Source of the DNA: Octopus vulgaris
Taxonomy: Eukaryota
Direction: 5' to 3'
Assembly: GCA_951406725.2 (NCBI GenBank)
Contig: OX597816.1
Span: 120,094,001-120,158,000, forward strand
DNA: 64,000 bases
A program made the translations under genes and the position numbers. Within the stretch, counting starts at the first letter, position 1, and every line of letters starts with the position of its first letter. Below the pieces are notes generated by a model. The model saw nothing but the letters and a program-made list of their open reading frames with translations. It did not search any database and was not told the DNA's origin. This document shows, piece after piece, positions 27,646 to 39,107 of the stretch.

Positions 27646-28048
27646 TGTTTTGCAAATGACTTGTACATGCAAATGCTACCAGTCAAGAACTCCGCATAAT
27701 GGAAGCCAGCAAGCGTATGGGGTCATCAGGAGAGAATGTGAGCCGTTTTGGGGCCTACCTCTTGATGGCATCAATGGGCATCGCCCCCACCACCCCATCA
27801 CTGATGTGAGGCCTCACTTGCTAGATCAATTGGTTATTAAATACAGCTCAATATTCTTCTAACCATTGCTCATCATCTCTTTTTAACCAAATCCAGTGGC
27901 TAACCTTTTCCACTGTAGTTTGGATATCAGTCATGGTGGTATTTACTTTACGATGAGTTAGGCCTAACGATAACAACAGTCGTTTATCTTCATGAGAAAC
28001 CGTTAACTCGACTAAATTCACAACTTTCTTTCCTTCACACCACATTAA
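27646..28048 (-). mobile_element. HERO-like RLE non-LTR retrotransposon 3' fragment with internal deletion
   Basis: MWCEGKKVVNLVELTVSHED...TTVEKVSHWIWLKRDDEQWLEEY; homologous to 50788-51291. Confidence 0.82.
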
Positions 28049-28889
28049 GGCTATAGTGGAAGACACTAAGGCGCCAAGAAAGAGGACTGAACTTAGAACC
28101 ATGTGCAGAGAGAGAGAGAGAGAGGGTGGAGGGAGAGAGAAAAATATTTGAGAAGATAACTATGAAGAATAGAAAAAATAGAAATTAAGATGTACAGTTA
28201 AAGGTGCAGTAACATCTCATGAAAACAAGTAGAATATCCAGTCAAATCATAGTTGAAATATAAAATAATAAAATTATCATAATATGCCAAATCAGTAAAC
28301 AGTTACAAAAAAAAAAAGGATGAAACTGAAGTGGGAAATGAGATATTTAGGAATAAGATAATCGGATAGTAATCATTGGAAGTTGTTAATACTCTCCTTA
28401 TAAAAGATTAAAGGAAGTTGCAAGATTATAATTATGCAAAAAGAGATAAGTATGATAGTAAGAAATGAAATTGATAAAAAATGTATACCTAACTGTAACC
28501 ATGATTGTCTAGATGCATTTGTGTTACACTGTTTGGAAATCATGATGAAGTAACGGGTTGGGGTTTTCTTTTAATAGTGGATGGACCTGCATAATCATTA
28601 TATGCATATATGTTCCAGCATGTTGAATGATTTAACAATTCCATTAGTTATTACAACAGATATAACTAGATAAAAACTGCAACATCAATATCTTCATTTC
28701 TATATTTCTTCTATGTGTGTGTAATTTAATTTTAACTGGTTTAGTTATTAGACTATGGCCAAGCTTAGACACATCCTTCCACACACACAAACATATATAA
28801 ATTTCATGTAGAAGTCATTGGTTAGGGTTAGGCAATAGCAAAAGACATTTGCAGCAGTGGAATGATATACAAACATATTTATATATCTT

Positions 28890-29315
28890 CTCTTTTATCT
28901 TTTACATATTTTAGTCATTGGACTGTGGCCCTGCTGGGGCACTGCCTTGAAGGGTTTAGTTGAACAAATCTACCCTAGTACTTATTTTAAAGCCTGGTAC
29001 TTATTCTATCATGCTCTTTTGCTGAACTGCTAGGTTATGGGGATGTAAACAAACAAACACCAATTGTCATGCAGTGGTAGAGGAACAAACAGAAACACAC
29101 ACACACACATAGATACACACACACATGCACACACACACACAAACACATAGCTATACATAAATGACAAGCTTCTTTCAGTTTACCTCTACCAAATCCATTC
29201 ACAAGGCTTTGTTCATTCCAGAGTCATAGTAGAAGATACCAGCCCCAAATGCCATACAGTGAGATTAAACCTGAAATTGGGTGTATGGAAATGAAGCTTC
29301 TTACCACACAGCCAT
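28890..29315 (-). mobile_element. Older copy of the Octopus tRNA-derived SINE
   Basis: Colinear but diverged match to the 2186-2565 family. Confidence 0.82.
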
Positions 29316-29340
29316 ACCTAAGTGTGTGTGTGTGTAATAT

Positions 29341-29371
<31 letters not shown>

Positions 29372-29536
29372 AAGTTGTATTTAAAATTAAAGTTTAGGTC
29401 AGAAACTTTAAGGTGTAATATCCAGTGTGCCTGCAGAGCATGTTCACTGCTTGTGGTTATCAGGCATCAACCAGGGTAGTGCACCTTCATTGCTAGATGT
29501 ACGTAAGAAATTCCTTGGTGCATGTTGAGTGTGTTC

Positions 29537-29878
29537 TAAATGATTAATACAGAAGATGGAGTGTACTGAAAGCTTTATTTAGGACAATGATCCTTTCAGC
29601 TTACTTCTGCACTGGTCCCTTGTGGATGGGAAACTATGTAATGGAAATGAATGCACCCCATAGTGCAGAAGAAACCTCTTCAGATGTACAGTGAACTATA
29701 CATCTTATAACACTGAACCACCTTATGCGGCCTGAGGAGGTTTCTTCTGCACTATAGGGTGCATTTGTTTCCATTACATTATTCTTCACCCACTAGGGAG
29801 TAGTGTAGAAGTAAGCTGAAACAATCGTTGTCCTAAATAAAGCTTTCAGTACACTTTGTCTTCTGTACTAATCATTTA
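29537..29878. repeat. Long inverted repeat (~145-bp arms, ~50-nt spacer), probably a Penelope-type pseudo-LTR remnant
   Basis: 29537-29682 is the reverse complement of 29732-29878 with scattered mismatches; (TA)n tracts lie at ~29340-29370 and 29882-29901. Confidence 0.9.
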
Positions 29879-30271
29879 AAAATATATATATATATATATA
29901 TAATCTAAAATTTATTGTATTAAATATCCATCACAGCTGATCTTACCAATCAATTTCATGTAAAGACTACAATAGAGTGTTTGGTAACAATCCAATGATA
30001 TAACTGTGCTCATCAGAGATAGCCAATATGGAAGGGAATATGGCAACTGCTCTCTATTGTCAGTGATGGATTAGCACAATTGGTCAGCCGCTGCTGTGAA
30101 AAAGGTGGTGAAACAAAGAAGGGTCCATTGTATTCTTTACATAAAACTGATTGGTAAGATCAGCTATGATGTATATTTAATACTATAAACTTTGGATAAT
30201 ATACCCACTTTACTGACAGATATATGAGTGCATCTTCTCCCTGACTTATGGTCTCTTAGATGATGCACGCA

Positions 30272-30660
30272 TACTCTTTTACTTGTTTCAGTCATTTGAC
30301 TGCGGCCATGCTGGAGCACCGCCTTTAATCGAGCAACTTGACCCCGGGACTTATTCTTTGTAAGCCCTGTACTTATTCTATCGGTCTCTTTTGCCGAACT
30401 GCTAAGTGACGGGGACATAAACACACCACCATCGGTTGTCAAGCGATGTTGGGGGGACAAACATATTCACATATATATATATATATATATACATATATAT
30501 GACGGGCTTCTTTCAGTTTCCGTCTACCAAATCCACTCACAAGGCTTTGGTCGGCCTGAGGCTATAGTAGAAGACACTTGCCCAAGGTGCCACGCAGTGG
30601 GACTGAACCTGGAACCATGTGGTTGGTAAACAAGCTACTTACCACACAGCCACTCCTGCG

Positions 30661-30663
<3 letters not shown>
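30272..30663 (-). mobile_element. Young full-length Octopus tRNA-derived SINE
   Basis: Intact head GGCGCAGGAGTGGCTGTGTGGTAAG...GGTTCAGTCCCACTGCG, CpGs retained, adjacent (TA)n. Confidence 0.93.
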
Positions 30664-30696
<33 letters not shown>

Positions 30697-31034
30697 CAAA
30701 GTATAGTTAGCAATTTGAAAAACTATAATCAAGAAACATGTGTATGTGCATGTATGTACAAGTAGAGTTTGGAACATTTATGGGTCATGTCAGAGGCACA
30801 AGGGGCAAAGTGCCCATGAACCAGGTAATCCTTCAGATATCTGTATGATTATTCATACAATATTTCCTGCTACTTCACTCCTTTACCCTTTCGTCTTTTC
30901 ATTTTTAATTTTATGTCCATAAGAATAAAACAACTATGTTTTGCTCCCTAAAACAGTGCTTTTTTGTTTTTTTTTTACAATATATTTGTTTTGGATAATT
31001 GTTGATCACAATGCTGTTGGATTTACCTACAGTT

Positions 31035-31260
31035 CAAGATGTCTGGAGAGAAGCCATCAAGTGGAACTGATGGCAATAATGCAAAGAGGCACTATAAAGG
31101 GATCACACTAGATATTAACCTGATTTTTAACAAGGTTTGATGTGGTAGAAAAATATCAGCCACATTTCCAAAACATTAATGCTTGCAATGTTTATAGTGA
31201 CAGCAATATGTAACAATAAAGAGAAAATTAAATGAAGTGCTCAAGAATCTACTCTGTTAA
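31035..31260 (+). mobile_element. Tigger-like transposase N-terminal remnant
   Basis: MSGEKPSSGTDGNNAKRHYKGITLDI...NNKEKIK resembles a Tigger N-terminus. Confidence 0.5.
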
Positions 31261-33419
31261 CTGCTTGGGCCCTATTTTCGCATAGAGCTAATGTAACTTT
31301 CATTATTTCAGATATGATTATTTAACAATTTCTAAATCTCTGGTTTTAAAATTCATCGAACATTGTTTTAAAAATTAACCACCTGACACCAGTTAGATGG
31401 TTAAGCATTAAAACACTTTTTAAGTATGTCTCAGGGAATGCTTAATTAGTTTAATTATTAGGTTAGTCGCTTTAGATAGTTTGGGTAGCAATGGTTTATA
31501 TCAGTCTGAATAAGTTAAAATTTATAAAACAATTGAGAGACATGCTGATATTACATAAGAGAAAAGTAGAATTTAATGTTTTTGTCAAGGCCTTTTTAGA
31601 GGAGAAGAAAATTTTCTTTTCTAAGGTTCTACTTACTGGACATTGCTTATGTTTCATACTTCTATTGTTCATTTATTGGAACTAATTTTTTAACAATTTG
31701 AGTTAAAATACTTGGGTATTATCAAGAAAGGATGTAAAGCTACTTTTCTTTTTCTAATTATGATTACTTAGTCAATAATGTTTTGTTACTGTAGCACATT
31801 CACCAGGTCCTTTTGTGAGATCTGATGATTACTATGGAAATAAGATTTGAAAACAGAATTACTGATATATAAATTACTGAAATTACAGCAGAAAAGAAAC
31901 AGTATTTGTCAACTTAATATTTTGAATCTGTTTATCTTGGTCAGCTACAAGCTGTTAAAATATTTTTGTTTGAATTTTGAATTTGTAGAATTCCAGACAA
32001 AGAGCATATTCTACAGACAATTGCTCATTTCAAAAGAACATATATACTAGCAGACAGATTTATTCTTCCTCTTTTCTTTAATCTCACTATCATCTCACTC
32101 TTCTTCTTTGCCACCAGTCCTTCTTCAACATATTGCTTCTATTCATGCTCCTTACACCAATAATCATGCAGCTATCTAACATACTGTCTCTTTTCTTTTA
32201 CTATCTCTTCTATTACCTTCTCATTTTTATTTTTCTGCTGATTCCTTTTACTACGCTATAACATTTTCACTCTGGCTCTTTTCTTTTTTCACTTGTGTAG
32301 AAAGAAAGGAACAAGTGAATGGAGAAAATGTAGGGCAGTGGAGACCCTCTTCAGTTTTCCTTGGAGTGAGACAGTTCACTGGTGCTAGTAAATAAATGGA
32401 TGGAAACAACATAGGGAGAGAACTCTTTAGTCTTGTTGAGAACAAGATAACCTTTCTATAGTTGTCACAGTAAAATGCACACTGTATACTTTGTAAAATG
32501 ACTAACAATAGGAAGGGTATCATGCTATAATTTAATCTTTGAGTGAGATTCTATGACAACAACTCTCAACAAGAATTGTTTCAAACTGTGACTACCACTG
32601 CCAACATAAAAAAAAAATGAAAATGATGCTGATGATGATTAAGTATAAAATATTTTTCTCAGAAGGTTTTAAAATAATTGGATTTGCATTTTTTATTTTA
32701 TTTTATTGCTATTAAATGTGATCTAAGCAATAAATAGAGGGATCTTTACATAAAACTCCACTCACCATAAAAATGTTTTTACACCAAAAAGTTAAGTAAG
32801 ATGTATGAAAAGTGACATTTGTGAAAATTTCAATATGCTTACAGATTATTGATTTCAAGAGCTTTTGAATCGTAATGAAGAGAAATTGGACAATATAAAT
32901 AGAATAATCACTATGATACCCTGGGAGCTTTCCAGAAATACTAATTTATAATCCTACAATAGTAGCAATGTTGCCAATTTAAGATTTCTTAAGGTTATTT
33001 TTATTCAGTTAATTCTGCTAAATTCTTATCTACTTTAAAAGCTATAAATAAGAAATCAATCTTATAATAGTGCTGCTGTTAAGAAAGTAGCTGACATAAA
33101 AAAAGTAGTTTAAAGAAAAGTTGTTCAGGTAAGACAATAGTGTATTATGGAAGAATCTAAAAGCATTAGTCAACAAAAACATACAAAGCTTAGTCAGAAA
33201 GTAATGCAAATAAAAATTGCATAACTTTTTGACTAACCAGTGTATGTACAAACGTGACTCAAAAAGAATTGCAAATAAAAATTGCATTAGTTTTAGAGTC
33301 ACTCTCATAATTCAGGAGTGTTTAAATTAAGAGCAGACAATTCATTATAATCAACAAAATTTAGTTAACAGCTTTGAATATTCAGGTTGTCATCTTTCAA
33401 TGTGGTTATTTTCTTTTTT

Positions 33420-33750
33420 TAATCTTTACTTGTTTCAGTTATTGGATTAAAGCTATGCTGGGACACTGCCTTGAAGGGTTTAGCTAAATAAATTGATCCC
33501 AGTACTAATTTTGTAAGTTTTATTCTATTGGACACTTTTTGACAAACTGCTAAGTTATAAGGATGTAAATAAACAAATGCCAGTTGTCAAGTGGTAGTGG
33601 AACACACACCCACCCACACACACATGATGGGTTTCTTTCAGTTTTTGTCTACCAATACACTTACAAGGCTTTATAGCAGAAGACACTTGGCCAATATACT
33701 GTGCAGTGGGACTGAAACCAAGACCACATGGTTGAGAAGTAAGCTCCAAA
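33420..33750 (-). mobile_element. Diverged Octopus tRNA-derived SINE
   Basis: Colinear match to the same family. Confidence 0.8.
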
Positions 33751-34189
33751 AAGTTGAAAGTATACATACATACATACGTACATACATACACACACACACA
33801 CACATAAATACATGCATATACAAATATATATATAAACATATATGTATATGTACGTTTAAATAATACCCATAAGTTTATTAGGATAAAAATAAAAGCCGGT
33901 TAGAAAAGTTATAAATCACACCAAGGAAATTTACAATGCAAGTGTTTGTTTTGATTTTGATAAAGAAATTATATTCTTTAAAGAAGTGATGACGTTTTCC
34001 CTATTCCTGTCTATTTGTCATGTGTTTGTATTTGTAAGTGTAAGAAGACTGTTGATGCAGTACAAATTAATTTTGATTGTAAATTGTTTCTTTTTCATTT
34101 GGCTAAGGGGAGTCTAACGAGATCAATCACTTCCATCAAATCACTGGCTTCCATACTGATGTTGAATGAAGTTCTGGAATTATTCTAAT

Positions 34190-34580
34190 CCAAAGTCATC
34201 AAAAATTTACAAGAGAATTTTCTCTCTAAGCAAAGGGTAGACTGTATGATGCTAGTGTACAAACTGCAATGCTGCATGGTAGTGTGACATGGGCATAGGA
34301 TGCAGAGGATGGGTGAAGTTTGGAAATAAATGAAGTAAGTCTAATCTGCTGAATGTGTTATAAAAGAAAGCTATAAAATCTGGGAATAAGAGGAATCATT
34401 TGTAATGTACAAGAAAATGGTTATGCTGGTATGGATGTATAATGCATAAGGATCATAACAGATGGGTGAAGACGTGCCAGGAAATTCATGAGGTAGAAAT
34501 CAGTGGAAGAAAAACACCAAGGTAGACATGAGCAAAAGGGAAGGCTCATCTCAGGAAGTGGAACCTCACAAAGGAAATAA
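34190..34580 (+). mobile_element. Degraded RTE LINE 3' fragment
   Basis: KGRLYDASVQTAMLHGSVTWA, homologous to 59490-59570. Confidence 0.75.
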
Positions 34581-35375
34581 CAAAGAGAAATGCAAGAAAC
34601 TTCAAAAGACCTTGCATATGTATATCTGTTATGCATACATCTGTTAAAATTCACGTGTCAAACTGCTGCTGCTGTAAAGCTTTAACCTTCATACTTTAGC
34701 TGTTTCTCTTCTTATGAGTACTCATTATTTTTACATGAGAATAATGTCTATTATTCTATATTTAGTGGGTTTAATTTTATTGAGGATTTTTGCTTTATTT
34801 TAATATCTTTTTCATTTCAAATCATTATATTTTCTTCTGATGTAAATGAGTTTGTATATTTATACACTGCTTTTAGGTTGTATTGTCAGTTATTTTCTAA
34901 AATCATATTTCACTAATGAAACGAACGTTAAACGATGATGATGATGATGATGATGAAACATTGTGAGAGAGTTACATGGACTTGTTCCTTAATTGGGTAT
35001 TTTAGTGTATACCACATTAAAGAAGAGCATATGACTTTGCTTTAGCTATTCCAACATTTTCTGACAAGACAGAATAATTAGATTGCTTTTAAACTCAAGC
35101 TGAATTCACTGTTAAAGACAGAAATAGAGGTTGCTATTGAATTTTTTACAGAGATGAAACCGAATTGTGATGATGCAAAATACTTAAAACTGGTAGTAGC
35201 AAATAATAAAATTTAGAGAAAGAAGAAAAAAATGTGTTGACATCTTTGCAGCTGGTCAGTCTTTCAATAGTAAATGATTCTTGGCTTTTAGAAATGGCAA
35301 ACCCAGCTGGTCACTCCAAGGGGGGGAAAATGTCACTTCTCAAAAAATTGTCTGGATTTCTTTTTATCATTGTCT

Positions 35376-35386
<11 letters not shown>

Positions 35387-35443
<57 letters not shown>
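35387..35443. repeat. (GA)n microsatellite flanked by (GT)n
   Basis: Perfect GA run. Confidence 0.98.
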
Positions 35444-35445
<2 letters not shown>

Positions 35446-35869
35446 TGTGTGTGCACATGTGTGTATGGGTGCCTGTGTATCTGATAGGAGTGTCAATGGA
35501 AAAGAGAAGGGAAGGAAGAGAGAAAGAAGAAATAATTGTGTTGACATCTATACTGCTGTTCAGTTCTTTCAATCCAATGTTTGATTCCTGTGCTGATATG
35601 GGTTGGAGAATCTGGATGAAAGATTAATTTTATTTATGTATATGTACATATGTATAGTACTGTGTGTGTGTGTGTTTAATACAATTTACTTTACAAAATT
35701 GGTCCTTCATCTAGTGCAAATTATTATAGAAATATTTTCAGCCATTCAATTTGGGGGAGAACTTTATTATGAAGTATTTTTCCATATTTTTCCTGAAGGA
35801 GGTGTCATTCTTTGAGCATTTATAGAAGAGAAAGATCTTAAATTTTCTTTCTCCACATGTATTTAGGTG

Positions 35870-37053
35870 TTTACTCAGTGGAATCTTTCGCAGTATTGTC
35901 AAAAATGTGAATTTCAGGAAGTACCCTAGAAGGTGTAATATACGTCAACAGACAATCAGAAAATTACTTGTCGACTTCAAGAAAGCTCTAGGGATACTTG
36001 TACCAGCAGACAAAACAAGTAACATTTACATTGTTGATACTGATCAACATAAGTCTATGATTAGGAAGGAATTACGCAGCAAATATAGACATGCTAGTAA
36101 TGATGTATTAAAAAGAATTAACAATACAAGGCTACAAATTGTCAGAGATCTAGCCATAGATGATAGAACAGAACCCTATGTCCCCTGAAAACCCTAGATT
36201 TTGCTTAAGGACCATAAACCTAACTTTCTTATCGACCCCTCAGATTGATTTGTCCTTCTAAATCTGATATAGCCATTATTAGTAAAAATATCATTGACAG
36301 GGTAATATCCGTCCTTAAGTCTAAAATTAGATTAGCCATCTGGTCTGATACCCAAGAGGTGGTTGGATGGTTCAAGCTTCTAGAAATTAATAAGACTAGT
36401 AAATTCTTGCAACTTGATATAGAGAGCTGCTATGCCACTATCAACCCGATCATTCTCAATCAAGCCCTGATTTTTAGCATGAAAATTTCTGATTTGTCCT
36501 GACATGAAATAGATATTATTCTTGCCACACTAGCCACTCTAGTAGATTTTGATGGTACATTATGGAGTAGATTAGATAGAGAAAATGCATTTGATATAGC
36601 AATGGGCACACACGATTCTGCTCAGGTCAGCAACTAGTCAGAATATATATCCTTTCATTAATCGAGTCTTCCTTTCTGGAAGTAATAGGGGGTCTATATA
36701 AGGATGATGCCTTATTTTTTCTAGACAGAAGTAGTAAAGTACAGTTAGAAAGGTATAGGAAAAATTTCTTTAGATTTTTCAAAAATATAGTACTAAACAT
36801 TACTATAGGTAAAGATTATCATAGAGTGAATTTACTTGATGCTACCTTCTGTCTTAATACTGGATTATTTGAACCACTTCATAAACCGAATGATCATATT
36901 AAGTACATTAACGTAGCATCCAACCATCCACTCTCGATTATATGGTGACTAGTTAAGAATATTTCAACTAGAAACTATAGATTCTCTGCTAACAGTGAAA
37001 TTTTCGAATCTCATGCATCATATTATAATGATGCTCTAGCTAAGGCTGGGTAC
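35870..37053 (+). mobile_element. Penelope-like retroelement RT pseudogene (Naiad-like)
   Basis: LVPADKTSNIY, LLKDHKPNF, LICPSKSDI, FLQLDIES, FDIAMG, GGLYKDD, VNLLDATF, KPND..YIN..SNHP, YNDALAKAGY; several stops and frameshifts; ends at (CA)n. Confidence 0.88.
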
Positions 37054-37537
37054 ACACACACACACACATACATAATATTCACTGTAAACTGAAGAACTTA
37101 AAGTCTGAGAGAGAATGTGAAATAAAACTTTTTTCAAATGATGAAACTTAAAACAAATAAAGCTCTAAATAATGTGGAAAACATTGGATTTGAAAAAAAA
37201 ACCTTTGGATATATTTATACATTATTATTTATAGGCTTACTTGCTTTAAGTTTCACTGTTCAAAAAAAGAATCCTACATACACACATACATAAAGACACA
37301 TATAGGATGGACACCAGGAAAAGTATCAGGCAGTAAAACACTGCTTCAAAAAGCCCAATCCGACTCATGTCAGCATGGAAAAATGGATGTGAAATGTAAT
37401 AACAAACAATGATATGTCCCTTCTGGTTGAAAACTCTATAGAGTTACTGAGAGTTTCACATTATGTTTCACGTTATGGAAGGCGTGACTGAGCAAATATA
37501 TGGTATTTTCTGTCAGAATAAATATAGTAATCTTTAA

Positions 37538-39107
37538 TTACCTCCGCGTTAGTGAAAGCAGGGGCATTGTTTTCAGTAGTGTTTGTTTGTTTGTTTATTG
37601 ACAAGATGTCTCAAGAACCAAAGTTTTATTTTTGTTTCTCTATTATTAATCTTACTTGCATCTCTATCTTAGTAGATAAAGAAATCAAACAACATAAACA
37701 AATGACAGTAAAACCATTCAGAAATTAAATAACACTAACATATTCAGTAACAATAATAAATTTAATTTATCCCCGACAATTTTTAGTTTACCAATTTTTA
37801 ATATATCGCTCCTGTTTAAAACCTCTTACCTACTTGACAATTGCATTTCAAGTTCTGCCTTGAAGAAAGCTTTTGTAGTGACCCCTGGCGGTCAAGCAGG
37901 AAAGCAAAACGAAAAAGGGATCCAATGAGAGCAATCTTCCTCAACCTTCTTGAAAATTCTTGAACTTTCTAGAAGCTTCCAATTAACTTCCAAATGATGT
38001 GAAGTCAGGGACTTCCAGTTCATCCCTTACGTTCAGTACCTATCATGATGCATATATTGATTTTCTCCCATTTTACTACTTGTTTTGCAAGCACATGTTT
38101 CTGCTACCTTGTTTTGCTTTGTATCTGCCTTGGATCACTACAATGATTTTGCTTATCGACTTCTTATCTGAGGAGGGAGTTATATAGTGACCCATGGCAG
38201 TCAAGCAGGAAAGCAAAATGAAAAAGGGATCTAACGAGAGTATCTCCTTCAACCTTCTTGAACATTCTAGAAGCTTCCAATTAACTTCTGGATGACAAGG
38301 AAGTCAGGGACTTCCTGTTCATCATCCCCTTATATAAAGGAAAACATTCTAATTTTGTGTCATTCTTGCCTGTCAGATCCTAGACATGCATTGAGTCATG
38401 CCACTCACGGATGTTTGCCTTATTTGCTTTGAGACATGTGGTTGCAAAATATGTTCATGTGATGTTACAAGCTTTTCCTTCAATTAACATTATATGTTAA
38501 CGCATTACATCCAGTAATAAATATTTTATGTCTTATTACAAACGTCTTACAAATTCTTATTTTCTCGTTGTTTACATACAAGATGGTAACCCTCTTTCTT
38601 GCATGCAATTATAAAAATTATAGGATGTCACTCACTGACAATCACTATACTTTACTTCTTAGACTCACGTTTTTGTGCGCAACAATATTGTTAAACCATT
38701 AATAGCACCATATGCAGGTCCTTTCCATTTTCTTTCATGCATGGATAAATTTTTCACTTAATGGTTGTAAAGACACTATATCAGTGGATAGACTAATGGT
38801 TGTAAAGACACTATATCAGTGGATAGACTAAAAAAGGCCTTCATAGAGAGAACTGTCCCTGTTCCCACTGCAGACGACACACACAGTATTACAAACATGC
38901 ACATCCACCTTCACATTCCATGACTCGGACAAGGATTCTGGATTATTTTTCTGAATTTTTTACTTAATTTTTGAGAGTGGTTGGGTTCATTTTTAGCTTT
39001 CTCGTTTGTGAGAGCAGTCAAGTTTATTTCAGATATTCTCATTTTAAAAATCGTGTTGCCTTGGCAGAGGTTTGTGCTCTTGTTATTATTGAGTTCTTTC
39101 TTTAGTT
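37538..39107 (+). mobile_element. Non-autonomous Helentron/DINE-1-like element
   Basis: 5' TTACCTCCGC with adjacent partial inverted copy, (GTTT)n tract, 3' CCTTGGCAGAGGT subterminal repeat, degenerate GTGCTC...GAGTTC hairpin, terminal TAGTT. Confidence 0.7.

Noticed and set aside
30590-30663. tRNA gene
   Set aside because: The A/B boxes belong to a SINE head that continues into the SINE body; no complete cloverleaf is evident
36186-36950. In-frame TGA codons in the Naiad-like RT as possible selenocysteine codons
   Set aside because: They co-occur with a TAG stop and frameshifts and fit CGA>TGA CpG decay; no SECIS-like structure was identified
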